Shown here one piece after another: positions 1-13,357 of a stretch of 64,000 bases of DNA. Both the position numbers and the translations under genes were made by a program. A model generated the notes under the pieces. It saw only the letters and a list, made by a program, of their open reading frames with translations, was not told the origin of the DNA and did no database searches. Every line of letters begins with the position of its first letter. Positions within the stretch are counted from its first letter, which is position 1. The DNA is from Schmidtea polychroa. Lineage: Eukaryota. The stretch covers positions 163,668,312 through 163,732,311 of the forward strand of contig CM097886.1 of the NCBI GenBank assembly GCA_044892525.1, written 5' to 3'.

Positions 1-739
1 ATGGATTTTTAAAATTTGATAAATCATAATTTTTCTCAAGTATATACGTATTTTATGTTATATTAACCCTACATATGTAATAAAAAATTTGATAAATTCC
101 ATTTGTTACAAAAATGTGATGTAAGCGATGAAGCAGTAAATGTAATAGGAACGCATTTGAAAATATTAACTGATAACTTACAGGAACGATTTGGTGATTT
201 AATTTTAGTAGATCTTGTTGAAATAGATGATAATTATCCACAGGAGGAAATTATGCATATTAAAAATGACCACTCATTTAATCTTCTTTTTAAAATAAGG
301 GGGTTGATGACATGGTTATGTGAAGAGGTAGAAAGGAAATATCAATATACAACTACAGTCGCAAGAGAAAAAATCTTACCGTTCCCATCATCATATTTGG
401 TTGAATGTGGTTTTAGTGCAGTTAGTGATCAATTGCTAAAGAAAAAGAATAGTCTTCACATCACAAAAAGACGGGATTTGAGGCTAAAATTGGCTAAGCT
501 AGTTCCTGATATGAAGCAACTTTGTAGGAATCTTAATACAGAAAATTCATATAAATTTTAAAGTTGTTCTTTTCATTGTTTTTGTTCAATTTAATGATAA
601 GGTATTAACATATAAGCAAAATTGAAATTTTTAAATAAGGGCTTGTAAAAGAATTTGTTAACTAATTCAAAAACTGGAGCAATTTGACTTTTAAACTCTA
701 CCGTTGGGGACATACAGCATAACATGATGAGAAGCACTG
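1..739 (+). mobile_element. 3' remnant of a hAT (Buster/ZBED5-like) DNA transposon; ORF 103-561 is the decayed transposase C-terminus
   Basis: ORF contains FPSSYLVECGFSAV...RDLRLKL, typical of the hAT dimerisation region. Right end GAGAAGCACTG (to 739) is the reverse complement of a hAT-type CAGTGCTTCTC terminus. Confidence 0.75.
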
Positions 740-1433
740 TTTTAAAAGGTTCTGCTTGGAAACACGCAAATAAAAATGAAAAGAAATCAATAAAATATAA
801 TATTTAAATAAAATTCTTTAATTCCTTAATTATATTAATTAATCAAACTAATACACCATATTTAATTGTTAACTACTTTATTCACCAGATAGCAATTTAT
901 TTTACTTCAGTGATTATTATTACAAGAAAACCATCAAACCAATCGCTCATATTTTTCACTTCAATGCTGAATGCTTTCTTTAAAAGATCACTCATTTTGA
1001 TTCCAAAACTAATAACTTTATTTAATGATTCACGTAACAACATACTTAACTCAGACTATTTTATCCATCAAATAAAAATTTACTTTACTTCAGTGATTTT
1101 TATTACAAAAATTAATGTTTTACACTATTAAACCAAACACATGCTGAAAGTGAAGATTAAATATAAGTTATATGTATTTAATTTCCTATACCCTTCAGTA
1201 CCCAGATAGTAGTCCCCATTCTGTAATTATTATTGAGCATGTTAATAACTACAATCTGTATTATGAATTCCTGGCCGACACAATTCAGTTATCTTCATGA
1301 AAAAGTATATATCATACTAGAAATAATGAAAGAATTCAGAAATATCATATGCATCATCAAGAATACCGCAGTGGCTGGTTGATTGTAAGTTATTATTTTT
1401 GTTGGTTATTTAGCAAAGTTTAGTTGTTTGATA

Positions 1434-2070
1434 TGTTGGGTTACTGGGTTAGTGATAATATTTGAAAAGTTAAAATTCTTACTCTGACTCCAAGCGTGTC
1501 GTTGACTGACCCACAAATAACACCTGACAACAGATCTTTATTGATAATCACAAATAATTTTCACTTTACACTGAGAATCAATTCAACACTTTGCTTGGTG
1601 ACTATACAATGCTCATTACAACACTCAGTGAGGAATAGCACTCGTGTACAACACCGGATTGAAAGATCACTAACTGCTGATTGGTTGTTTTTACTGAGTT
1701 GGTTGTTTTCTTTGACCTTCTTCACAACTTTATTCAAATATTTAAATAACCTCTTCGTTTATTTCTCAACAAATTCTTTTCTGCAAATCTTCTCCAACAA
1801 TTATTTTTCACAATTATATTTTCTTTTTACAATTATTCTTCACAAATCGTTTCCCAATAAATTCTCGTCTGATTTCCCTGATTTGTTGTCTCAATTTGTG
1901 TCCACCAGTTTCTCTTTATATAGCTTGTTTTATTTGTGGCACTAGAGATAATCAAATGTTTCCCGCTTCTCTTTTCCCCGCATTTTCCGACTGTTCCCAC
2001 TTTATCTCTGACAGATGTCGAGATATGTTTTCCTTTTTTCTTTTTTGCTAGGCCGACTTCTCCCAACAAT
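1434..2070 (-). mobile_element. Partial LTR, inverted homolog of the solo LTR at 3471-4388
   Basis: 1434 TGTTGGGTTACTGGGTTAGTGATAATATTTG matches the reverse complement of about 4358-4388. Homology continues through ATCTCTGACAGATGTCGAGATA to about 2070. Confidence 0.75.
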
Positions 2071-3470
2071 TTCTAGCAATTTAAAATCAAAATACGAAAA
2101 CCTTAAAAAAGAATTCACAAAAACGATTTTAAAATAAGAATTAGATTAAATTTAGTATGGAACATTCTGGAAAATCACAAATCCATCATGGAGGCAAATG
2201 TAATAAAAAATAATTGAAAAATAAAGTTTCAAAAATAGAAACAAAAATTATTACGAAAAAATCTCCATAAAAATCGGTGAAAATAAAAAATAGAATGTTC
2301 CAGAATTAAAAAGAATTCGAGTTTGTTTTACTGCATCAATGCACACACACATGCTTGCACACCGAAAACCAGGTATATATACCGCCACATTTTGATCACA
2401 AGTTACACTTTTATACCAAAAAATTTCTATTCACCTTAATTAGACAAACTCTTGAGAATCAATAGTAAAAATGAATTATATTGTATTATTAATCATATTT
2501 TTTATTATGAACACATCTATGCTAATTTATGTTTTTACTTTGAATTGTTTTTTTAAAATTTCTTTTTCTTGTCAGTATGCAAGAGTGAGTGACTCTCGTA
2601 AAGTGACTCTCGACTTTAACCAGCTTTGCATCCAACTAATCAATTAACATCATCATTGTTGTGTCCACCACCCTCAATGACTGCAGGTCCATGACCTGAC
2701 ATTCACTCAAAATGAATTTTTCACTACCAGAGGGCGCCACAAACAAAATGGTGAAAACCACAGAGTAGTGGGGGAAATTTCTTTCTTGGTGGTTGGCATA
2801 GTCGTTACGACTTGCGGACAAGCAAAACGAAGATAATTAAAGAAGTCAACTGACAGTCATATAATAATAGATCCTATCGTATCTAACTCAGTGTAGTCGA
2901 GAAAGTAGGAAAATTTTAATTAATGTGACTTTTCTACATTAAAATTACATACCTAATTTTATACTTAAACTACTTTATCATATAAAACATTTCTAAACGG
3001 GGAATGTCCCCAGACTTAAAATTTGACAAAACAAGTTCTCTGGTAGCCGATTAATTCAACTAAATCTATTAAAATGGTAATTAGAATAAGAAAATAAATT
3101 CCACCAAAATTCCTATTAATCATATTATCGACTTCGTATTATTAACTCCCATTATTATATTACTCTCAAATTATACCAATCATATTAAATTACCTTATAT
3201 CGTTAACAACTTACAATGTTGATCTTATTAACCTTATGTCAGAATTGTAATTAGATTATAATCCTTATATTATGGTTTTACCAAATTACCATATTCATCT
3301 ATATCACTACCCTCACTCTATAGCCACCAGACTATCAGTTTAATTTGCCCTAATTATGTTCATCATTTTAATTGTTAGGGTTCTCATAATTTCTACGATT
3401 ATCCCAGTTCCAATTAGTTTATTTTGCTTATTATCATCCTTAATTCATTTATTTTATTACTTATTATCAT

Positions 3471-4388
3471 TGTTGAGGATACCTAAATAAAAAATTTATA
3501 AATAAATAAATAAAATTACCTGTGGGAAGATCGTCATGACAAACGGGACGATCTATGGGAACTCAGAAAAGAAAACGGAAGTAAAAAGAAATTAAAAATG
3601 AGAAAGATAAATGAAAAAAAGGAATCAAACATGAAAATAAAAGCCAAGGTCATTACTAATTAATTAGTACAAAAAGGAAAAAAAATTTTGAAATCAGGAA
3701 AAAAGGAAAACAACAATATTCTTATCTCGACAGCCTGCCAGTGATAACGTAATTGCTGGGAGAAGGCGGTCAAACAAAAAAGGAAAAATATCTCGACATC
3801 TGTCAGAGATAAGGCTGACATAGTGGGGAACGCAGAAGAAAATGGAAATAGGAAAACAAAATCTGTCGCTAGTGCCATAAACAAAACAACTATATAAAGA
3901 AAAACCGGTGGACGAGAAATCAGAACAAAATTAGAACAAAAGTAGAACGAAAACAGAACGAAATTGAGAACAGAACAGAATGAAATTAGAGACGAAAAGA
4001 GTTAAAAAGGAGAATCAAAACAGAGTGAAACGAGAAGTGACGAGAATCCTTGATAAAATTGAATATAAAGTAAAGGTGGAGTAAATAAATTGTGTGGTCA
4101 AAGCAAATACAACAATCGATCAACGTATCCTGTAATTGAGTAGTTAACGGCTAGTGATTATTGTTGTGGTTACAGAAAGGACTATTCTTCACGTAGTGTC
4201 GAAATAAGCTCTGTGTGATAAATTGGTTTATAGTTAATTAGTTGTAATTGAAATTTGTACAATTCCGTGTGGATATTGATAAAGCTTATTGTGTTCGAGA
4301 GTGTTGAATTGTGAATTAATAAACACTCTTTGGAGTCAGAGTAAAAGTTTGAATTTACAAATATTGTCACCAACTCAATAACCCAACA
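3471..4388 (+). mobile_element. 918-bp solo LTR with 4-bp TSD
   Basis: Begins TGTTGAGG and ends CCCAACA; flanked by TCAT at 3467-3470 and 4389-4392; TATA-like TATATAAA near 3891. Confidence 0.85.
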
Positions 4389-4444
4389 TCATCCTTAATT
4401 CATTTATTTTATCTTACTTATTATTATCCTTAATTCATTTATTT

Positions 4445-6893
4445 TACTTTAGTTCTAGAGACCTGGGGAACGCTTATTACCAAGTGAAATTGGACATAGA
4501 ATCGCCAGAAATGACAGAATTTTCTACTAAAGAAGGACAATTTTGTTTTAATAGAATGCCTTTTGGCATTGCGGCGGCACCGGGTACATTCCAAGAATTA
4601 ATGACAAAAATATTGAAAGATCTATGGAAAGAAGGAGTTATGGTGTATTTAGACGATATTTTAATTTTTACAAGAACAATTGAAGAACATTACAATGTGT
4701 TTGGAAAAGTTCTAGAGAAAATAATGGAAGCTAAAGTGAGAATCAACCCAGAAAAATGTCAGTTATTAAAGAGCGAAGTAAAGTTTTTAAGGCACATTAT
4801 TAACAGTCAGGGGATTCAAACAGATCAAAGTAAAATTGAGGCTATTAAATCATTTCAGAGGCCTAAGTGTATAAAATATAAGTGTAACTATTATCGGAGA
4901 TTTATTAAGGAATATGCAACAAAATCAAGAGCGCTAGAAAGCATGTGTGGAAGCAATAATGAAAAAATAATCTGGACTGAGGAATGTGAGAAAGCTTTCG
5001 AAGAAATAAAAATGGCGTGGACTACAGCACCAATTCTCGTATTTCCAGATTTCAAGTAAGAATTCATATTAGATACAGACGCAAGCTTTGATACAATTGG
5101 AGCTGTATTATCACAAAGAGATGAAATGGGTCATGAACACGTTATTGCATATGGATCCCATGCAATGAGTAGCCATGAAAGAGGATATTGTATAACACGA
5201 AAAGAGCTTATGGCTATATATTATTTCTGTCGCCATTTTAACCATTATTTATATGGTAAACGGTTTGTTTTGCGCACTGATCATAAAGCGATAACTTTTA
5301 TGTTAACGACAAAGAAGCCTATAACAGCACAGTTCCAAATTACTTGAGCAGTTTAGACATAAAATGCAGTTCAGAAAAAGTACGGCGCATACGAATGCAG
5401 ATATGCTGTCTAGAAATACATGTGGCAAATGTGTACAGTGTTTGATGGACCATGATAACCCCAAATCAGGGCGATTAAAAACTAGATTGTTAACATTGAT
5501 GACCGAAAATAATGGAAATGAATGGCAAAGAGATGATGCAGAAATACAAGAAATAAAAGATCAAATAAATGAAAGGAAAAATAATAAATATATGTTAAAA
5601 GGAAATATTATATTATACCAATCAAAACAAAATATGGATACCAGAAACAAAAAGACGAGAAATGATTAAGGAAACACATTTATTATTATGCCACGCAGGA
5701 GTAAAAAATGTTATGAAATATATTAGGAACAATTTTGATATGGAAGATTTGTTAAATGAAGTAAAAGAGACTATTTCAATATGTGAAGCATGTCAGAAAA
5801 ACAAAGTTTTAACTACAAAGTCAAAAAAACCCAAGTAATTCAAGCTTCAGAACCTATAGAGGAAATATATATGTATATTTGCGGTCCATTAAGAAAAACC
5901 TTCAGAGGAAAAAAATATATTTGTGCAATAATCGATCATTACAGCAAATACATATCTCTAACTCCTATTAGAAAGCAAGATGAAAATACAATAAAGGCAG
6001 TTTTGTCAAATAATTTGATATTGAAATTTAAAGCCCCTAAGGAACTACATGTTGATTGTGGAAAGAATTTCGAAGCAAATAGTATTAAAGAACTAGCAAA
6101 GGCAGCAGGAATTGAGTTGATATTTTCGAGTCCGTATCATCATAATACTAATGGTGTAATGGAAAGAAAATTTCGTACTATAAGAGACTATATTAACGCG
6201 TCACTCAGAGAAGGAGTTAAAAAAAGCTGGGCAGAATTAATACCTGATATAGAATACGTTTTAAATGCGATAGCTCAAAAAACTACTGGAGTGAGTCCAG
6301 CAGAAATTATATTTGGGAGAAAGATTAATAGATCGCAATGGCATAGTAATAATGAAGTGGATAGAAATGAAATCATGCGGAAATTAGAGGCTAAAAGACA
6401 GCAAGCGAAAGAAATTGGCACAACAAGGAACTTAGAAGTGGGGGACAAAGTATTGGTGAAACAAGAAATTAGAAACAAAGATCACGAGAGATATGAAGGA
6501 CCATACACAGTAACAAAACGAAATCATTAAAGAAGTTACTTATTAACAGACGAAAACGGGAGAAAAATAACGAGGAATATAGAAAAGTTAAAGCATTTTA
6601 AAGAAGGGGGAATGTAAGGAGTTAGTAAACACCTATATAAAATTATTATGGTTAAATGATAGAAGTGAGATCAGTTAGTAGAAATAATTATCTCTGTTAA
6701 ATTTTTATATTTAAATTATATCATATTATATTAAATTATATTAAATTAAATCAATTAAATGTATGACCGGTAATTACATCAATATTAAGAAATATCAAGC
6801 CTCGGTGTTTAAATACTCTAGTAAAAGACACAATTTGAAGTTTTTATAAAAAATAAATGCTTGAAGAAGATTTGAATTTAATTGCGTCTAACA
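4445..6893 (+). mobile_element. 5'-truncated Ty3/gypsy copy (RT-RNaseH-integrase pseudogene plus 3' LTR), same family as 19123-24125
   Basis: ORF fragments 4484-5059 (YLDD), 5126-5347, 5364-5669 and 5790-6530 are near-identical to the minus-strand element. Polypurine tract (PPT) AAGAAGGGGGAA at 6601-6612; LTR TGTAAGG...TCTAACA at 6613-6893. Confidence 0.93.
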
Positions 6894-7659
6894 GGTTACT
6901 TATTATTACCCTTAATTCATGTGTCAGCATCCCTAATTCATTTATGTTATTTTACTTAATTCATGTATTTTATTTTGCTCATTATTATCCGTAATTCATT
7001 TATTCTGGTTCTAATTTGATTATTATCATCTCCCTAATTTTATATTTAAATAATATCAATATTCCTGCTTCAATTAATTCATTAAAACTTAATACCAATA
7101 TGCAAATTATAATGTCTTTGATAATTAACCAAATTATTATTAATCTCATTTCAAAAAACAAGTTATTGATTTTTTTGAATTCCCACGAGCCGATTTCGAC
7201 CAATAAGCGCAGAATAAACCCTCGGTCTAATATTAGTAACATACCCCTTCCCAATATATCCATTGTTGAACTGGAGTAAGTTGAACGAACTACACACACA
7301 CACTCCGAAAACCAGCCAATCATCATGGAATGCAAGGAAACCTCTTTCGTCATGCTAGATAACTGTTGTGCACCCATTAATTTTAGTCATTTTTACTTTT
7401 GTAGTAGACGTTAATATAATGTGATTTTATTTTGATGATATGCTTTAAAGGGAACGGGCTGGTAAAGTGAACCCCCATGCGACCCAACACCTAGTTCAAC
7501 TGATGAAGGGTCGATACAAGTGCTATAATCCTACGACAACGGCGTGGGAAACCCGGAATTATTGACCTTCCCACCCCGATATGATAAATGAAATAAATTG
7601 AGTATCCAACCTCGTAGGATACCATGATGTTTTGTAATCTATTTTTAGTGATCAAACTA

Positions 7660-8073
7660 ATGGAAAATATGCGCCAAGATCGCGAGCAGGCGCGGCAATA
7701 AGTTGAGAAGCTACAAACGAGACTTACAAAGTTTAAGGGACGGTGCCGAGAACTTGAGGGCACATGATTCAGTCCCGTTGAAATGCAGAAACGCCTGAAA
7801 CTGATTCAACAACTACAACTTCAGAATTCCCAGAATCAAACGGAGATCCGAGCTCTCCGCCTTCAAATTCGATAGTTGGAGACATAGTTACATCAAAGGA
7901 CCCTCGACCAAGGAGTAGCTGCCTAAATCCGACCAATGGCGGAGGTATTAACAACCAAATATGCCTCTGAGACACTCACCAAGCCGAAGAAAAAGATCCG
8001 ACCCGACATGTCAGCTCGGACAAGATTAAGGCAAGCGCAGCAGTCGGACGCGCCATTTGCCAGGCCCATTTGA
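7660..8073 (+). pseudogene. Pseudogenised homolog of LTR-encoded ORF-A (28007-28465)
   Basis: Manual translation MENMRQDREQARQ*VEKLQTRLTKFKGRCRELEGT*FSP...EIRALRLQIR*LET*...IRPMA is colinear with MESLRKDREQAQ...KCRKLEGTWFSP...EIRALKLQVRALET...IRPLA; five premature stops. Confidence 0.85.
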
Positions 8074-9329
8074 ACGATTCATATTCGAATGCTCGTTGTG
8101 ACAATTACCATTGTTGTTGAATTAGATATACTTATAATACGAAATTGTTTTTATGCAGAGTATAGTTGCAAATTTGTTTGTTGAGTAGACATGAATTGAG
8201 ATATGGTAAGAAAATAAGATTCGGGAATGCAATCTAGAATAGCGGGACCAGGGAAATCGGACACAGGCCTTCTATCGGCAGTCGGTGGACCCAAGGGAGG
8301 ACTAGACAATTACAGTATATATAGTATGCTCACTTTTTGCTAGTACTCCAACCATTGATAATTTACCAACGTTGACCACTCAAAGAGTATCAAGTGGTCA
8401 AACTTCAATTGTATTCTGGGTTACGCTGGAAACAGCACGACGATGTAAAATGTCAGATTTCCTGTAACCCACCAAATTATTATTTTTGGGTTATTATTGT
8501 TAAAGTCGATACTGATTACGACATCTCGTGCTCTTAAGTCTCAGTTATCAAGATAAAACCCAACACAAAACACTTTATTATATGTCAACAAATTTTGATA
8601 CAAAGTTCTCAATTACATTCTTTGAATTCTACACTCTTTAATAAAAAACGAAGGGAGACCGCTTTATTCAGATTTAGCAATGATTTTATCTTCTTAAAAT
8701 TTGAATTGTATAATCTTCTTACTCTTTAATCACGATATAGTACTTCTCTCTCTTCGACAAACTGGAACTTGCCCAACATTGTGTTCAGATTCGTCTATAT
8801 CATCCAGAGTGCCTTCGTAGGTGTGTATTTTGAAAAATGTTAGTCCACAAAATGGGCTCTTGTCATTTTTTCAATTAGCAACAGAATTTTAAGAGCATTA
8901 CCACCTATTATAATAGCTGGAGATGAATACATAGTTAACAATCTCAACATGAATATTATAATTATTATAGTAGGCTGATTTGAATTCGGGTTTTAGAGGC
9001 GCCAGATATATGAACCGCACAGGGCGCAAAAATGCCTTGTTACGGCCCTGTTTGTAACACATTTATAAAATGTTCTGTTTAAAAGATTTTAAAGGTTTTA
9101 AAAAAGATTTTAAAAGGTTTTAAAGATTTCATGGCACACCTATAAATACTTATCAACACTGTGATGTGCTGCGTTGCATAGTTTGGGAAACGCTCGTTTA
9201 ATGCGCGCTACTGACTCTAAATAAGAGTTTATTGGTATCCTTCTTAAAAGTCCATTTTATTGATAGAATTCAAAAAAATTAATTTATTCTAATTTAATAT
9301 AATTATATATCAAACAAACTATTGTTACA

Positions 9330-11318
9330 ATGAGTAAAGATCATAAACACGAGACTCATTTCTTTAAGATTATGAAGTTTCCAACTAAATCCAAGTTTGA
9401 CAAATTAGTGAACGAGATTCTACACGGGAAAAAGATTAAAGAGATAACAGGACCAATTCGACCAATCATTCCAAAATATTTAACTGAATACCACGAAGGA
9501 GGAAACCCATTCAAAATGATCAAATACGAAAACACAAAGACATTAATAGCTTCGGATAAACGTAGGAAATTATACGATAAGGAAAAGAACTTGAAATTTC
9601 CAATTTGTGAAAACGTCAATCGAAATGTCCGAAACGTGTTTAACGCCAATTTTGCAGTCAAAGAACTTCAATACAAATTTAATAGAGAAGACTTTCTCGA
9701 ACTTCTCGAAAATCCCGAAATTCCAATAGTAAAACCGAAAAAATTCCAATCCGAACCGAAGAAATCCAATTACGATTTTGTCGTTGATAAGCGCCGAGTT
9801 TGTCTGTTAGATCTAGCCAAAAACCTCAAACAAGAACATTTTTCCCAACTGGATGTCAGCGTTAAAATCAAAGAAAACTCAATCAAACACCAATTGAAGT
9901 TATTAGAAAAAGAGAAAACCGAAAATGACAAATTGTTGAAAAGTGTTTGTGAAAACACTTCTGACACCGTCAAAGTCCTGGATGACGCCTCGTTTAAGAA
10001 GCATAAAATTATTCAAAAACTCAAAAGAGCTATATTTTTTAAGGATAAACTGAATGCGGACTGCATTAAGTTAGAAGATGAATTTAAAACATTAAAGTCT
10101 TATCGCTATTTTTTGTATTCGTGTTATAATAGACAACAAAAATCGTTAAGTTTAGTGCGGACTAGTTTTTTAAGCGACATTCAAATGTCTACGGTAATTA
10201 AAGAAATGGAAAGGAAAGGTCAACTTTCTTTGGAAGATTCCGAAGTTTCTTTAAATACAGAAATTCAGAGGGTTTTAGCTTTAAATGAAGTCGATTATTT
10301 AGAATCGAAGCGTGAAAGTTCACCAGAAAAAAACTCGAACAATGAGGTTTTCAAGAACTTTAATATAAATTCTCACGCAAGTGAGTTCTCCAATGAAGAC
10401 AACGGATCTTCATTGAAGCTCAAAGAAATGGTGATGGATAATTTTAGTAACACTTCCAAATCGACTCTGTTCAAATCTATGAAACCTTTTCCAATTCTTT
10501 TCAAAGAACCGTCTATCCCGTTGATCGATTCAAAAGACACCTTAAAAGATAATGAAATGTTTGAATTGGATTCCAATGATGATGACATTTTGTTTGAAGA
10601 CCCACAAGACCTAGTCAATATTTTACATGATTTGGAATTAAACAATTTAAACCTAATAGAGAATGTTCAAGAACAGGAAGAAATATGTGATAATTTGACC
10701 AATAGATTGAAGAAAATAAAAATCGAGATGGCCATTAAAGTTAAAACAATAGACGACATGATAAAAAGAGAAAACCAAAACATTGACGGACTCAAGGATT
10801 CTATCACCTTTATAATGAAAACTGAAGAATATATGCAATCTTTAAATAAACTTGACCGATACCGGGAATTTTTTTATTTGGAAGATTTGGATTTTCTGAC
10901 AGTAGACGAACTATTGGAATATATGCTCCAACATGTCCTTGATTTGTATCTCATCCTTTTCGACAGAGATGATTCAACTGTGAAAAATATTATTGAAATT
11001 CTCTGTCGAATCGAATCCTATGTCGACAAGTTATACATAAAAATGCAAGTATATAGCAAAAGTCAAATAGTAGCGGCGAAAAAATCGGTTGACGATAGAA
11101 AATTCAAGGCGAACCGATTAAGACAAAAACAATTGGAAAAAGAAATCCGTCTGAAAAGGTTTCACGATGTCACTGAAAAATCAAAATTACCACCGAAATA
11201 CCATTTTGGTAGAAAACTCGTTTATCGATCGCCACCATTTGATAAAAAAGTGAGTGAGGAAAAAGTAAATTTAGAAAGTGTCCGAAAACAAGAAGAAACC
11301 CAATTCTTTTTTGAATAA
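9330..11318 (+). CDS. CFAP100: CFAP100/CCDC38-family (DUF4200) ciliary coiled-coil protein, paralog 1, single ORF of 662 aa
   Basis: Motifs DKRRVCLLDLA, YRYFL, FEDPQDLVNILHDLELNNLNLIENVQE, GRKLVYRSPP and terminal QFFFE parallel CFAP100 (KRQMFLLQYA; FTEPQQLL...LEEQNLSLIQNSQE; GRTLVCRS; LFFFT), compared from memory. Confidence 0.8.
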   Translation: MSKDHKHETHFFKIMKFPTKSKFDKLVNEILHGKKIKEITGPIRPIIPKYLTEYHEGGNPFKMIKYENTKTLIASDKRRKLYDKEKNLKFPICENVNRNVRNVFNANFAVKELQYKFNREDFLELLENPEIPIVKPKKFQSEPKKSNYDFVVDKRRVCLLDLAKNLKQEHFSQLDVSVKIKENSIKHQLKLLEKEKTENDKLLKSVCENTSDTVKVLDDASFKKHKIIQKLKRAIFFKDKLNADCIKLEDEFKTLKSYRYFLYSCYNRQQKSLSLVRTSFLSDIQMSTVIKEMERKGQLSLEDSEVSLNTEIQRVLALNEVDYLESKRESSPEKNSNNEVFKNFNINSHASEFSNEDNGSSLKLKEMVMDNFSNTSKSTLFKSMKPFPILFKEPSIPLIDSKDTLKDNEMFELDSNDDDILFEDPQDLVNILHDLELNNLNLIENVQEQEEICDNLTNRLKKIKIEMAIKVKTIDDMIKRENQNIDGLKDSITFIMKTEEYMQSLNKLDRYREFFYLEDLDFLTVDELLEYMLQHVLDLYLILFDRDDSTVKNIIEILCRIESYVDKLYIKMQVYSKSQIVAAKKSVDDRKFKANRLRQKQLEKEIRLKRFHDVTEKSKLPPKYHFGRKLVYRSPPFDKKVSEEKVNLESVRKQEETQFFFE

Positions 11319-11699
11319 TATTTGAAAGGAATTTATGTTTTTATTTTCAAATTAATATAGGATGCCAACTTTGGATGAAGTTTCTAGGGACAAAATTTTG
11401 CTTAGCTTATGTTCTAACATTGGTAGCGTGCCGAAGCACCTTTGGAGATCATACGGGAACGCATAGAAAAATTAATAAAAATTAATTGAGAAAGTAGAAA
11501 ATCTGAAAATCAATATTTTTCTGGAATAAGTCCAAACTGGTAGCTAATACAAAGATAAGAACGAATATAATAATTCTTAAAATACAAACTAATTAATTAA
11601 AAAACGTTGTTTATCCCATTAATTATATGAAGTTTGAAAATAAAATTCACAGGTTGGTATTTACATGCAAAAGTGAGAAATTTAAAAATATTAATTTTG

Positions 11700-12800
11700 T
11701 AAAGAGAACAAATCTCAGAGATTGACAGCCAAGATGATTAATGATAGCCTGAGATGTAAAAGATTGTCTTATAAAGAAGTAAACCATATTAAAGTCGGTT
11801 GTGACTCTGACTCCTCGTGGAATTTCGACCTGGGAAACCACCAATGGGAAACCACCTATGTATTTTTGTTAGGTGCTTTGTAATTGATCGACTAGCTCAA
11901 CTTCTGTATCAATTTGTATCTATTAAGTCTTTATTTTTTACTTTTCTGTCTTCGACAAAACCGGAAACTTGTTACCAGTGTTACACCTTTTTATAGGTAT
12001 TTCCTACAAAATAATTCGGCAAACAACATCTCTTAAATCAACACAATTAAGTCAACAGCATTTATCCTAAAAACAAAACAATTAAGCGGGCCACCCTTCG
12101 CTTTTATGAGCCGATACTCTGTTCTGCTAATTTGATTTTGAGGAAAAAACTAATGTCACCTTTTTTATCAATTACTGCTCGTGATTTTCTCATAGTCCGG
12201 AGTTTCAATAAGATAATTAAATTTTTTTAAATTAATTTGTATTTTTTGAATATTTTTTCTTCTTTTTCTTGTATTCGTAAGTCTCATAAGTTTTCAACGG
12301 CCAAATACCTGTTTTTCTTACAATATGCTGATTTTTAATTCATTTAAAAAAATTTATAAGCTGCCTTAATGATTTTATCCTCAACTCTTTGTCTATTTAA
12401 ATTTCCTTTTGCGCCACTTTAAAAAAATCCAAACAATATAAATCAAATTTAAATTAAATTATTATATAATTAAATTTACATGAATTTTCATCTGGTCTTA
12501 ATGAGTTCCGGGTTTTCTTCATTGCTCGGGTTTCCCACTGCCTCGGGCTTCTCATTAGCTCGGGCTTTTCATTAGCGATTAATTAATTTTTAATTAGTTT
12601 GTTATTTTATTATAACTTTTTCTAGGGACCCTTAACTAAATTTTTCTTATTGTTTCTGAATTTGTCTCATGATTTTGCGTTCAACAATATCCATTTCCTC
12701 CGATTGATATTACAATTTACGTTTTATTAATTTTTCTAATTAATTTTTGCACTTTTGTTATTCCGGTGTTTTTATTGATTTTTATTTTACTTTCGTTTTA
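11700..12800 (-). repeat. Interspersed LTR-like repeat with an internal ~17-bp tandem; relatives at 39400-40215 (+) and about 8490-8800 (-)
   Basis: 12520-12590 (GCTCGGGTTTCCC/GCTCGGGCTTTTCATTAG) is the reverse complement of the AACCCGAGCTAATG array at 39635-39700. A TCTTCGACAAAAC(C/T)GGA motif is shared with 8750-8770. Boundaries approximate. Confidence 0.5.
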
Positions 12801-12917
12801 TTTTGTGCTTTTTTACACTACCCCACCAGCATGATATCAACTCCTTTTGTATATATTTCACGAATTGCACCATCTTCATTTTAGATTTCCATGACGGGCT
12901 GTATAAGTTCATGAAGG

Positions 12918-13357
12918 CTACTTAACCATGGGAGTGTACTTTCTGCTTGAATATATTCTCCATATATTCTCAATGGGTTTCAGATTTTGGGTATCGGCTG
13001 ACCAATTTAGTACCTGAACCCCATTATCATAACGATGTACCATAGTGTGACATGTAGCCCTGTGTTGTAACAAATACCAGTTGTTGTCAGGGAATGTTAC
13101 ATTGTTATATGGAAGAAGACAGTGGTCTAAAACCCGAATATATGCCTGAGCATTCATAGTTCCAGTGCAAACATATAGAAGCCCCAAAAACATCGGTTGA
13201 AACGATACCAAATCATAAACTTCTGAGGAAACCTACTTGTTTTCTGAATCTCTGATGATTTAGGAGACTTTCCACGCTTCAGACGAACATATTGTACACG
13301 ACGTACATGTTTCATCCATGAAGATAATCTGCAACATAAGTCATATAATGACTTCAT
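12918..13357 (-). pseudogene. Tc1/mariner transposase remnant (DDE domain)
   Basis: GTMNAQAYIRVL...LLQHRATCH...VLNWSADTQNLKPIENIW resembles the Tc1 MNA..Y..IL, QDNAPCH and WPxxSPDLNPIEN motifs; frameshifted. Confidence 0.8.

Larger units (their letters stand above)
2100..8474 (+). mobile_element. Decayed, 5'-truncated giant-LTR relative interrupted by nested insertions
   Basis: 2150-2370 aligns with LTR 41315-41530. 8365-8474 (CCAACGTTG...GGGTTACGCTGGAAACAGCAC...TAACCCACCA) aligns with the LTR 3' end at 45830-45939. No TSD found. Confidence 0.7.

Noticed and set aside
1434-1445. TGTTGGG as the 5' end of the giant LTR that ends at 8474
   Set aside because: Flanks do not form a TSD (GATA vs AATT), and the sequence is the inverted 3' end of the 918-bp LTR family.
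7495-7560. Hammerhead ribozyme at CTGATGA motifs (also 45650 and 47925)
   Set aside because: No appropriately placed GAAA core or closing stems seen.
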